Source: an uncultured Myxococcales bacterium
GTDB lineage: Bacteria > Myxococcota_A > UBA9042
Assembly (NCBI GenBank): GCA_903929795.1
Contig: CAIYWC010000039.1
Span: 9,220-73,219 of the forward strand
Length of the DNA stretch: 64,000 bases
Direction of reading: 5' to 3'
A program made the position numbers and the translations under genes. This document shows, piece after piece, positions 38,502 through 47,290 of this stretch. Every line of letters begins with the position of its first letter. Within the stretch, counting starts at the first letter, position 1. Under the pieces are notes generated by a model, which had not been told where the DNA came from, ran no database searches, and saw only the letters and a program-made list of their open reading frames with translations.

Positions 38502-40082
38502 GTGACGTCACCGTTTGAGACAGCCTTGCCGCGCGTCACGCTCATCGCCGCGTTCGATCGCCCGTACGAACATGCGGTTGCGGCGGCGCGCACGTGCTAT
38601 TCCGGCGGCGGCATCGTCAGCGCGGATCAAGTCAGCGGCGTCGGCCAGAGCGCCGAAAAACAGGCCATGCGCGCCGAGCAGCGCGATCGCATCGCGCACT
38701 CCACGTTCAAGGCCGGCCACCACACGATCTTGCAGCACGGCCACGTCAGCTTCGGTCTGGACGCCGTATCGCGGCATTTTGTCTGGTCTTTTCTGCACAG
38801 CCACCCGTTCTACAACAGCGAGCAGGTCAGCCAGCGCTACGTGGAGGTCAAGCCCGATCGCGTGACCGTGCCCGCCCTGCCCGCGCCCGCGGCGGCGATC
38901 TACCGGGCGTGCGTGGACCGCCAGATGCGCGACTACCGCGCGCTGATCGCGCTGCTGGAGCCCGTGGCCGCGGCGGAGTACGGCCAGGTTTTTCCGGCGC
39001 GCGGCAAGAATCCGGAGCGGTGGCAGGGCGCGATTCACAAGCGGGCACAGGAGGTTGCGCGCTACGTCCTGCCGGTGGCGACGCACACGTACCTGGTTCA
39101 CACGATCAGCGTGCTGACGCTCTTGCGCTACCGGCGGCTGTGCCAGGAGCCGGACACGCCGACGGAAGCGCGGCTCGTGGTAGACGAGATGTGCCGGCTG
39201 CTGTTTGAGCGCGACCCGCTGCTGGAGCAGCTCGCGGTCGAGCCCCTGGAGCTGACGCAGGCGACGCCGTGGCTCAAGTCCCCGACGGATCTGCGGGCGC
39301 ACCAGCGCTTTGTCGCTGAATTTGAAGCGGATCTGGCCGGCAAGACCGCCGCGCTCGTGGATCGTTTTGGCCACAACGAGCGGCGCGTGGCGGACGCCGT
39401 GCGCGAGGTTCTGGGCTTGCCGCGCGACGCGCTGCCGGACGCGGACGCGATCGCGCGCGCGCTGGACCCGGCGCAGAACCCGCTGCTGGGCGAGGCGATG
39501 AACACGACGGTGCACCAGAAGCTCGGGCGGTCGCTGCATGCGGCGCACTACGCGTTCAAGAAAAAGCTGTCGCACGCGGCGGACAGCCAGGACCAGCGGC
39601 ACCGCCTGACGCCGGCGTCGCGGCCGACGGTGCACGCTTACCTGACGCCAGAGCCGGACTTCGTGACCCCGCGCCTTGTGCTGCATGCGGGCGGCGAGGC
39701 GCTGGAGCGCTATCAGGCGTCGATGGCCGCGACGTGGCGGGCGATCGGCCAGCTGCGCGACTTGGATATGGCGGCGGAGTGGCAGGCGTATCTGCTGCCA
39801 AACGCGGTGACGATCCGCTTCACGGAGACCATGGATCTCGCGGCGTTGCGCCACAAGCACGCGATGCGGCTGTGCTGGAATGCCCAGGAGGAAATTTGGC
39901 AAGCCAGCGTGGACGAGGCCGACGCGATCGCCGCCGTGGAACCGCACATCGCGCAATTTTTGCTGCCGCCGTGCGGAATTCGCCACCGCGCCGGGCTGCG
40001 GCCGTATTGTCCGGAGGGCGATCGCTACTGCGGCACGCCGGTTTGGCAGCTGGAGCGGTCGGCGTGGCAGCGCGTGCTGTGA
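38502..40082 (+). CDS. ThyX-fold (flavin-dependent thymidylate synthase-like) protein, apparently a duplicated domain, with a non-canonical active-site motif
   Basis: ...RVTLIAAFDRPYEHAVAAARTCYSGGG...AGHHTILQHGHVSFGLDAVSRHFVWSFLHSHPFYNSEQVSQRYVEV is collinear with ThyX (CYs..., GHfSvLEH.sv.F...iSR...hel.RHRhfSySQ.SQRY), but HSH occupies the RHR position. A second, weaker RHR-containing segment lies in the C-terminal half. GTG start at 38502 is assumed; the ATG at 38394 is possible. Confidence 0.55.
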   Translation: MTSPFETALPRVTLIAAFDRPYEHAVAAARTCYSGGGIVSADQVSGVGQSAEKQAMRAEQRDRIAHSTFKAGHHTILQHGHVSFGLDAVSRHFVWSFLHSHPFYNSEQVSQRYVEVKPDRVTVPALPAPAAAIYRACVDRQMRDYRALIALLEPVAAAEYGQVFPARGKNPERWQGAIHKRAQEVARYVLPVATHTYLVHTISVLTLLRYRRLCQEPDTPTEARLVVDEMCRLLFERDPLLEQLAVEPLELTQATPWLKSPTDLRAHQRFVAEFEADLAGKTAALVDRFGHNERRVADAVREVLGLPRDALPDADAIARALDPAQNPLLGEAMNTTVHQKLGRSLHAAHYAFKKKLSHAADSQDQRHRLTPASRPTVHAYLTPEPDFVTPRLVLHAGGEALERYQASMAATWRAIGQLRDLDMAAEWQAYLLPNAVTIRFTETMDLAALRHKHAMRLCWNAQEEIWQASVDEADAIAAVEPHIAQFLLPPCGIRHRAGLRPYCPEGDRYCGTPVWQLERSAWQRVL

Positions 40083-40232
40083 CGGAATGCGCGAAGGCGC
40101 CGCGGGATTGAATCGGGACGGCCGCCGATGCGTCCAACAGCCGTGGCAATCCTGCTGCGGGTTGGGCACACTGCGTGGCCCCGGATGCGGGTGAAACGGT
40201 GGCAGCCGACGCGGCGGCCCGAAGCAGGACGG

Positions 40233-42044
40233 ATGGACTTGGGCCAAAAGCGCGAAAACCAGTGGCAGCGGCGGCACTTTCTGAGCCTGCTCGGCGCGGT
40301 GCCGCTGCTGGCGTCGCGATCGGCGCTGGCCAAGACTCTGGACGCGAGCCACGCCCAGACCGGTGGCGTCGATGTCCTGGCGGCCGCGGATTTGCAAGCT
40401 GGCATGAAAGGTTATGGCCTGACGGTCGTTCGCGGCACCAAGGTCGAGCGGTTCGACATCGAGGTCATCGGCGTGCTGCAAACCGCGATGCCGCAACAGG
40501 ATCTCATCCTGATTCGCTGCGCCGGACTCGGGCTGGAGCACAGCGGCGTGGTCGCGGGCATGTCCGGGTCGCCGATCTTCGTGCAGCATCCGCAGCTGGG
40601 CGAGCGGCTGATCGGCGCGCTGTCCTACGGTTTTCCGTTCAACAAGGATCCGGTGGCGGGCGTGACGTCGATCCTCGACATGCTGCCGGAGCTGGATCGC
40701 AAGCTCGGGCCGGTGCCGGTGAACCAGCACATCGCGCAGCTGGAGGCGCCGCCAGTCAGCGTGCCTGGCCAGGGCGAAATGCTGCCGGTGGCCCTGCCGC
40801 TGACGGTCGCGGGCGTGCATCCGGACGTGCTGGCGGCGATGCGGCCGCAATGGGCGGCGCTGGGCTTTCCGCACCTGAATGCGGCGGCGGGAACGGGCGG
40901 TGCGGCAACGGGCAAGGCACCGGCCAAGCTGGAGGCCGGCGGCTCGATCTCGGTCATCCTGGCGCGCGGCGACATCTCGATGGCGGCGATCGGCACGGTG
41001 ACGTGGGTGCGCGGCGATCGCTTCATCGCTTTTGGCCATCCATTCAAGGGCTTGGGTCAGCTGCATCTGCCCGTCGGCTCGGCGGACGTGCAGTGGATCC
41101 TCGCGTCGGAGCAGTCGTCGTTCAAGATGGCGAACGCGTTTGGCGACGTCGGCGTGCTGGATCAGGACCGCCAGACGGCGATCGCCGGGCGCATCGGGCC
41201 CAAGGCGGCGATGGTGCCGATCGACGTCGCGCTGACCAACCGCGATCGCCAGCAGACGACGCAGTGGCACGTGGAAGCCACGGATCAGCCGTCGTTTTTC
41301 CCGCTCGTCGTCGGCATGGCGCTGGGCACCGCGGTGCGCGTGTCGGAGCCGATCGCCGAGAACGCCGCGGTGACGATGACGGTGCGGTTTGACCTCCCGG
41401 GCGGTCACGCGCCGGTCGAATTCAGCGAGACGATGACCGGGCTGCAGGGCTCGGCGTCGCTTCAGGACGTGGCGAGCCTGGCGCAAAATGCCGCGAAGGC
41501 CATCGTTTTCAATGGCTTTGAGCGGCTGCGGGTCGAACGCGTGGCGGCGACGCTGACGCTGGCGGATGACCGCAACATCGCGTTTTTGGACAGCGCGCGG
41601 ACGCAGTCGGAGGAAGTGGATGCCGAGACGCCGGTCGTCATCCACGTGACGCTGCAGCTGGCGAATGTCGGGGCGCAGCAGGTGACGCTGACCCTGCCGC
41701 CGCTGCCGCGGGATCTGATCGGCCAGAGCGTAACCGTGCAAATTGGCTCGGAAAAATCGATGGCGCCGGAACTGCCGGAGCCGGCGAACATCCACGACTA
41801 CCTGAACGCGCTGCGGCGGCAGATCCCGCGCAACCGGCTGGCGGCGGTGCTGAACCTGCCCGAGCCGACCGTGCTTCTGCGCGGCGTGCGGCTGACGGCG
41901 CTGCCCGTGGGCGTGCGCGATGAGCTGGCGGGGCACACGGCGACGTACCACGCGGGCAAGGAGACGCTGCGCGCGCACGTCGACACGCCGTGGACGCTGA
42001 ACGGCACGCTGTCGCTGAAGCTGCACGTGCGCCAAAATCCTTGA
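40233..42044 (+). CDS. Tat-exported SpoIVB/S55-like serine peptidase
   Basis: Twin-arginine signal QRRHFLSLLGAVPLLASRSALA. ...RGTKVERFDIEVIGV...GLEHSGVVAGMSGSPIFV...LIGALSYGF resembles the S55 catalytic region (GxSGSP). ATG at 40233. Confidence 0.5.
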   Translation: MDLGQKRENQWQRRHFLSLLGAVPLLASRSALAKTLDASHAQTGGVDVLAAADLQAGMKGYGLTVVRGTKVERFDIEVIGVLQTAMPQQDLILIRCAGLGLEHSGVVAGMSGSPIFVQHPQLGERLIGALSYGFPFNKDPVAGVTSILDMLPELDRKLGPVPVNQHIAQLEAPPVSVPGQGEMLPVALPLTVAGVHPDVLAAMRPQWAALGFPHLNAAAGTGGAATGKAPAKLEAGGSISVILARGDISMAAIGTVTWVRGDRFIAFGHPFKGLGQLHLPVGSADVQWILASEQSSFKMANAFGDVGVLDQDRQTAIAGRIGPKAAMVPIDVALTNRDRQQTTQWHVEATDQPSFFPLVVGMALGTAVRVSEPIAENAAVTMTVRFDLPGGHAPVEFSETMTGLQGSASLQDVASLAQNAAKAIVFNGFERLRVERVAATLTLADDRNIAFLDSARTQSEEVDAETPVVIHVTLQLANVGAQQVTLTLPPLPRDLIGQSVTVQIGSEKSMAPELPEPANIHDYLNALRRQIPRNRLAAVLNLPEPTVLLRGVRLTALPVGVRDELAGHTATYHAGKETLRAHVDTPWTLNGTLSLKLHVRQNP

Positions 42045-42071
42045 TTTTATGACGATTTTTCGGAGCCCCGA

Positions 42072-44057
42072 ATGACCTTGCGCACCCTGATGATCCCGCT
42101 CGCTGGCCTGCTCCTGGCGACGACCGCGCACGCGAGCCAGCCGAGCCTGTGGCAGTTTGCCGATGACGCCGATTTTCGCCGCGGCAACCTGGACGGCCTC
42201 GCGCTGCACCCGACGCTCGGGCTGACGGCAGCGCCCAAGCTGACAAGGCGCGAGATTGACGCAGAATTCATCCACTGCTGGCTGCGCGATGGACCGCGGC
42301 TGTGGCTGGGAACGGGCCTGAACGGCAAGCTGTTCCGCATTGAAAACGGCATCTTGAGTGAGGTTGCGCATGTCGACGCGCCGCTCATCGCGTCGTTGGC
42401 GAGCGATGGCCGCGGCGGCGTGTACGCCGGGCTGGTCGGGACCGGCGAGATCGTGCACATCGATCCCAACGGCAAGAAAGAGACGTTTGTCAAGTTGACA
42501 GATGTCCAGCATGTCTGGGCGCTGCACGTGCGCGGCCAGGTGCTGTACGCGGGAACGGGTCCGGGCGGCAAGATCTTTGCCGTCGATCTGCTGACCAAGA
42601 CCGCGAAAGTATACGCGGAAACAACCGCGGACCACGTGCTGGCGCTGCTGTGGGATGGCGAGGCGCTGCTGGCGGGCACATCCGATCCGCCGCTGCTGCT
42701 GCGGATCGACGGCGAGAAGTCGGTGCGCGCGCTGGCGTCGTTCCCGGGCGTGGAGGTGCGCAGCCTGGCGCGGAACGGCAAAACGGTGTACGCGGTTGTG
42801 AACGGCGGGCAGACGGCGGTGCCGCTGGCGACGCTGAAGCCGACGCCGGATCGGCCGGGAACGGGCACCGCGGCGAAGGCGCCGGGCGCGAACAAGTCGA
42901 CCAAGGACGCGGCGGCCAAGGGCAAAGGCGCAGTGTGGAAGCGGACGCCGGATGGCATCGTGTCGCGCGTGCTGATTTCGCCCGAGGGGATGCTGAGCGA
43001 GGTCGCGATCGTGGGCAAGCAGGTCGTGGCGGGGGCGGCGCGCGGCGGGCGCGTGGTGCTGGGCGACGAACTGGGTGATGTGCAAAGCCTTTTTGACGTC
43101 AAGGAAGAAGAGATCCTCGGGGTGGAAGTCGGCGCCAAGGGCGTGCAAACGCTGTTCACTGGCAAGTCGGCGGCGGTCTACCTGGTGGGCGAACAGCCCG
43201 CCGAGGCGATGTTCACGACCGACGTGCTCCAGGAGACCGGCTCGGCGCAGTGGGGGCGGATCGACGCGCTGGGCGACGGCGTGCTGGAAGTCGAGACGCG
43301 CTCAGGCTTTTCTGAGCTGCCCAACGACACCTGGAGCCCTTGGCAGCCGCTTCGCGCGCTGGACGGTCAGAGCGGCCAGTGCCAGAGCCCGCCGGCCATC
43401 GCGCTGCAGGTGCGCGTCAAGCTGGCGAGCCCGGGCGCCCGCCTGCAGGAGCTGAAGATCTTTCGCCAGGTAGCCAACCGTGCGCCGGTATTGACGAAAA
43501 TCGATTGCACGCTCAACAAGGCCAAGGGCACCGTCAGCCTGGCGTGGACCGCGGAAGACGTCGACAACGACACGCTGGGCTTTGTGGTGCAGTACCGCCC
43601 GCGCGGCGGCAGCCAGTGGCTGATGCTGCACGACCGGTTGTACGACAAGAAGACGATGGAGCTGAGCCCGACCGACATGCCCGACGGCTGGTATGAATTG
43701 CGCGTGGAGGCGACTGATTTGCCGAGCAACGGCCCGCGGAACGCCAAGGCGGTGGCGCGGATTTCCAAGCCGTTCGTCGTCGATCGCGGGCGCCCGGAAG
43801 TGACGGCGGAGGTCAAGGGCCGCACGGTGCACGGCGTCGCGACGGACGCAATTTCCCGCATCACCCGCGTGGATATCTCCGTGGACGGCGAGCCGGCGCT
43901 GCTGGCGGCGGCGGTGGACGGGGTCTATGACCAGCTGTCGGAGGCGTTTGAGCTGGAGCTGCCCGAGAGCGCCGCGAAGGGCAGCCACACGCTGCTGTTG
44001 CAAGTGACTGACGATGCAGGGAATACCGGCGCGCTGCGCCTGCCGGTGGGCCCCTGA
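42072..44057 (+). CDS. Secreted hypothetical protein (beta-propeller-like N-terminal region, Ig/FN3-like C-terminal region)
   Basis: Signal peptide MTLRTLMIPLAGLLLATTAHA. Repeated ...G.V(Y/L)AGT..G(K/E)I(F/V).(V/I)D... blades. The C-terminal ...LAWTAEDVDNDTLGFVVQYRP...WYELRVEATD... is FN3-like. It lies 27 nt after the S55 peptidase gene. Confidence 0.55.
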   Translation: MTLRTLMIPLAGLLLATTAHASQPSLWQFADDADFRRGNLDGLALHPTLGLTAAPKLTRREIDAEFIHCWLRDGPRLWLGTGLNGKLFRIENGILSEVAHVDAPLIASLASDGRGGVYAGLVGTGEIVHIDPNGKKETFVKLTDVQHVWALHVRGQVLYAGTGPGGKIFAVDLLTKTAKVYAETTADHVLALLWDGEALLAGTSDPPLLLRIDGEKSVRALASFPGVEVRSLARNGKTVYAVVNGGQTAVPLATLKPTPDRPGTGTAAKAPGANKSTKDAAAKGKGAVWKRTPDGIVSRVLISPEGMLSEVAIVGKQVVAGAARGGRVVLGDELGDVQSLFDVKEEEILGVEVGAKGVQTLFTGKSAAVYLVGEQPAEAMFTTDVLQETGSAQWGRIDALGDGVLEVETRSGFSELPNDTWSPWQPLRALDGQSGQCQSPPAIALQVRVKLASPGARLQELKIFRQVANRAPVLTKIDCTLNKAKGTVSLAWTAEDVDNDTLGFVVQYRPRGGSQWLMLHDRLYDKKTMELSPTDMPDGWYELRVEATDLPSNGPRNAKAVARISKPFVVDRGRPEVTAEVKGRTVHGVATDAISRITRVDISVDGEPALLAAAVDGVYDQLSEAFELELPESAAKGSHTLLLQVTDDAGNTGALRLPVGP

Positions 44058-44077
44058 AGGACCAACGAGGGACGACC

Positions 44078-45097
44078 ATGCTGCGACGGATTGGGGGCCA
44101 TTCGACAACGACGTTTCTGGGTTTTGCGCTGGCGCTGACCGCGTGCAAGCCGGCACCACCACCCGCGTCTCAGCCGCCACCGTCACCGGTCCACGCGCAG
44201 GCGGCAGACTTGCCGGCCGCGGTGACGCCCGTCAACTTGCCCGCGCCCGCAACGGTTGCTGTGGCCCGCGCCGTCCTGCCGCCGGTGAAGCCGCTGCACG
44301 TGTCGGTGGACATCCGCAGCGGCCCCAAGATGGCACAGGAGTTGCCGTCGGTCGGCGAGCCCGCGTCGTTTCGCGTGACGCTGCGCGACGCGGAAGGCCA
44401 GTTCGTCAGCCAGCTGGACCCGCTGCTTGGCGGCAAGCTGCTGCTGGTGGTGGCACGCGCAGATCTGGGCTGGACGGTCGTGCTGCGCGCCGACGAGCTC
44501 TCGGACAAGAATCGCGGAACGCATGAATTTCGGACAGTTTTTCCACTTTCCGGCATCTACCGGATGTGGCTGACTTACAGCTACGGCGGCCAGACGTTCA
44601 CCGAGGAGGTGGCGTTTTCGGTCACGGGCCACACCTCTCCGAGCCACGAGTTGCCGGAATCGGAGCTGGCGTGGAGCGGGGAGCGCGGGCTGGCCGCACG
44701 CCTGAAAGTCGAGCCGCAGACCCCGATGACCTGCCAGCCTTTTCTGCTGGCGACGGCTTGGACGCGCAAGGAGAAGCCGCTGCGGATGACCGCTGAGCCC
44801 GATGCGCCGACGACCTGGTACGTGGCCATTGAGGGCGGCTTGGGCGAGATCGCGACGAGCACGGCCGAGCCGCAGGCGGCCGATCCGCCCGCGGGCGCGA
44901 CGGAATCGATGGCGCAAAAGCTCGGCGGCGATCTCGGCACGGCGGCGACGCTGCAGGTTTCACGGCCTGGCCGATACCGCGTGCTCGCGGTCGCGACGCC
45001 GCCGGGCGCAAAGGCCGGCCTGAAGGACGCGACGGTCGTAGCGTCGTTCGCGATCACGGTCCACGGCGAGCTGCACACCGGCGGGTGCAGCAAATAA
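44078..45097 (+). CDS. Hypothetical lipoprotein
   Basis: LGFALALTAC lipobox, Pro-rich linker, globular domain. It starts 20 nt after the preceding gene. Confidence 0.55.
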   Translation: MLRRIGGHSTTTFLGFALALTACKPAPPPASQPPPSPVHAQAADLPAAVTPVNLPAPATVAVARAVLPPVKPLHVSVDIRSGPKMAQELPSVGEPASFRVTLRDAEGQFVSQLDPLLGGKLLLVVARADLGWTVVLRADELSDKNRGTHEFRTVFPLSGIYRMWLTYSYGGQTFTEEVAFSVTGHTSPSHELPESELAWSGERGLAARLKVEPQTPMTCQPFLLATAWTRKEKPLRMTAEPDAPTTWYVAIEGGLGEIATSTAEPQAADPPAGATESMAQKLGGDLGTAATLQVSRPGRYRVLAVATPPGAKAGLKDATVVASFAITVHGELHTGGCSK

Positions 45098-45311
45098 GCA
45101 CGCCGACCGATGTTCGAGATCAGCCGCATCCGACTCGCGGCGTCGCACCGGAAGTGCACGCGCGCGATCCGAGTCTGACCTGCAACGGGTCTGGACAACG
45201 CAGTTTGCTGGCGGACATGCGGTCAGGATGGCTGGCCGGCAAAAGCCCACGCGCTCAGACCTTTTGGTCATCGCAGGGTTGCCAAACCTGGGATTCGCGA
45301 TTAGACTTCCA

Positions 45312-45339
45312 GCCCCGCCGCTGAGGCGCGTCTTTTTTT
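45312..45339 (+). terminator. Weak hairpin followed by a T7 tract (cgcc-gctga-ggcg...tcttttttt); candidate intrinsic terminator or UP-like element
   Basis: A 7-T run is conspicuous in about 70% GC DNA. The adjoining stem is only 4-5 bp. Confidence 0.25.
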
Positions 45340-45364
45340 GCCCCGAACCGCTACGGACTGCACG

Positions 45365-45538
45365 ATGAACACGAAGAACCTTGCTGATCGCAATCTGGCC
45401 AAGTCGCTCAAGCGCGCGGGCCGCGCCCGCCTCAAGCTGTTGGAAAACGGCCTGACGACCGAGCAGCGCAAGGCGCTCCGCCGCGCTCGCAAAGAAAAGA
45501 CCATTGGTTTGAAGACGTTCCTGGCCAAGGCCAAATAG
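45365..45538 (+). CDS. Small highly basic hypothetical protein (57 aa)
   Basis: MNTKNLADRNLAKSLKRAGRARLKLLENGLTTEQRKALRRARKEKTIGLKTFLAKAK. Clean frame with K/R-rich helical composition. No strong RBS. Confidence 0.35.
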   Translation: MNTKNLADRNLAKSLKRAGRARLKLLENGLTTEQRKALRRARKEKTIGLKTFLAKAK

Positions 45539-45578
45539 TTTGCCAAGCGATCCCGATGCGACTTCGCGGCGTTCCACG

Positions 45579-46208
45579 ATGGGTTTGCCGATCGACTTCT
45601 GGTTCGATTTTTCTTGCCCCTACGCCTATCTCGCGTCGACGCAGCGCCACAAGCTGGCCCGCGACGCACAGTCGATCGTGACGCCGCAGCCGTTTCTGCT
45701 CGGCGGCGTGTTTCGCGCGTTGGGCCAGGCGCAAAACCTCGGGACCACGCTGTCGCCGCCCAAAGCGCGGCACAACCGGCTGGATGTGATCCGCTGGGCG
45801 GCGTGGTTTGACGTGCCGCTGGCGACCCCGCTGCGCCATCCGAACCGGCCAGTCGAGGCCCTGCGCGCGCTCCTGGCGACGCCGACGGCGCACTGGGACG
45901 CGGTCATCGACGGCTTCTTTGCGCTCTATTGGGTGCACGCGCGCGACATCAGCGATCCGTCCGTGCTGCGGGCTTGCCTGCTGGAGCTGAACCTCGACGC
46001 GGACGCCATTTTGCAGCGCGCGCAGTCCGACGCGGTCAAGGACGAGCTCCGCGCGCGCACGGATCGCGCGCTTGCGGCGGGCGTGTTCGGCGCGCCGGCT
46101 TTTGTCGTCAACGGCCAGCTCTTTTGGGGCCAGGATCGCCTGCCCTTCGTCGTCCGAGCGGCCCAGGGCTGGCTGCCCGAGCAAGGCCGCGAAGATTTCG
46201 CCTTTTGA
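45579..46208 (+). CDS. 2-hydroxychromene-2-carboxylate isomerase / DsbA-like thioredoxin-fold protein
   Basis: MGLPIDFWFDFSCPYAYLA is the HCCA-isomerase N-terminal motif. C-terminal ...GVFGAPAFVVNGQLFWGQDRL. Confidence 0.8.
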   Translation: MGLPIDFWFDFSCPYAYLASTQRHKLARDAQSIVTPQPFLLGGVFRALGQAQNLGTTLSPPKARHNRLDVIRWAAWFDVPLATPLRHPNRPVEALRALLATPTAHWDAVIDGFFALYWVHARDISDPSVLRACLLELNLDADAILQRAQSDAVKDELRARTDRALAAGVFGAPAFVVNGQLFWGQDRLPFVVRAAQGWLPEQGREDFAF

Positions 46209-46220
46209 ACCGGAGCCGCC

Positions 46221-46829
46221 ATGAAACGCGTTGAATACTTTTACGATGTCTCCTCGCCGTACGCCTACCTCGCCAGCGATGAGATCGGCAAGCTCGCAGC
46301 GGCGCATGGCGCGGAAGTCATCTGGCGGCCGTTCTTTCTCGGCGGGCTGTTCAAGCAGCTGCAGGCGGAAATTGTGCCCTTCACGTCGGGCTCGCCGCAA
46401 AAGCGCGACATTCTGAAAAAAGACATGTTTCGCTGGGCCGAGGTGCGCGGGCTGCCGTTCAACTGGCCGACGACGTTTCCGATGATGACGATTCGGCCGA
46501 TGCGCGTGCTGGTCCAGCTGGACGGCGAGATGCAAGTTGCCGTCGCGCGCCACCTGTTTCGCGCCTACTGGGCGCACGACGAGAACATCGGCGATCCGCT
46601 GGTGCTGCACCAACTGCTGGAATCCCAAGGACTTGACGCGGACGTGCTGCTGGCGGGCTGCGAGCGACCGGAGGTCAAGCAAAAGCTGCTGGACGCGACG
46701 AACGAGGCGCTGGCGCGGGGCGCTTGCGGCGCGCCGACGTTTTTTGTCGGCCACCACCTGGTCTGGGGCCAGGATCGCCTGGATTTCGTCGGTCGGCTGC
46801 TGGACGGCTGGCAGCCCAAGCACGGCTAA
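46221..46829 (+). CDS. 2-hydroxychromene-2-carboxylate isomerase / DsbA-like protein, tandem paralogue
   Basis: MKRVEYFYDVSSPYAYLA... and ...GACGAPTFFVGHHLVWGQDRL. It lies 13 nt after its paralogue. Confidence 0.8.
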   Translation: MKRVEYFYDVSSPYAYLASDEIGKLAAAHGAEVIWRPFFLGGLFKQLQAEIVPFTSGSPQKRDILKKDMFRWAEVRGLPFNWPTTFPMMTIRPMRVLVQLDGEMQVAVARHLFRAYWAHDENIGDPLVLHQLLESQGLDADVLLAGCERPEVKQKLLDATNEALARGACGAPTFFVGHHLVWGQDRLDFVGRLLDGWQPKHG

Positions 46830-46866
46830 GCGCGCGAATCGGCTGACCCACGCCGCGGCTGCGGGG

Positions 46867-47256
46867 CTAATTCAGCGCCATCGGATCCACCAGCGCAAAC
46901 GCGGCGATCTCGACCTGGAACGCCTCGCCTTGCTCGTCCAGCATCTGGTACGCGCCGGCCATCGTGCCCACCGGCGTGTCGAGCGGGCACCCGCTGACGT
47001 ACTGGAAGCCTTCCGACGGCCGCAGCACCGGCTGCTGGCCAATGACGCCCGGCCCGCGCACGAGCTCCTCGTGGCCGTCCGCATTGGTGATTCGCCACTC
47101 CCGCGAGATCAGCTGGACCGTGCGGTCGCTTCGGTTCAAGATCGTGATTTGATACAGGAAAAACCAACGACCTTCCGCCGGAGCAGAGTGTTCCGCGGCA
47201 AAGCTCGAGATGACGTCGACGCGAATTCCGTGGGTCGTAGCGCTGGACTCGGGCAT
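46867..47256 (-). CDS. apaG: ApaG (DUF525) protein
   Basis: ...FFLYQITILNRSDRTVQLISREWRITNADGHEELVRGPGVIGQQPVLRPSEGFQYVSGCPLDTP is the characteristic ApaG sequence. Confidence 0.8.
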   Translation of the reverse strand: MPESSATTHGIRVDVISSFAAEHSAPAEGRWFFLYQITILNRSDRTVQLISREWRITNADGHEELVRGPGVIGQQPVLRPSEGFQYVSGCPLDTPVGTMAGAYQMLDEQGEAFQVEIAAFALVDPMALN

Positions 47257-47290
47257 CGAACCGCCTCAGGCCTGGCGGCAATCGGCCGGC

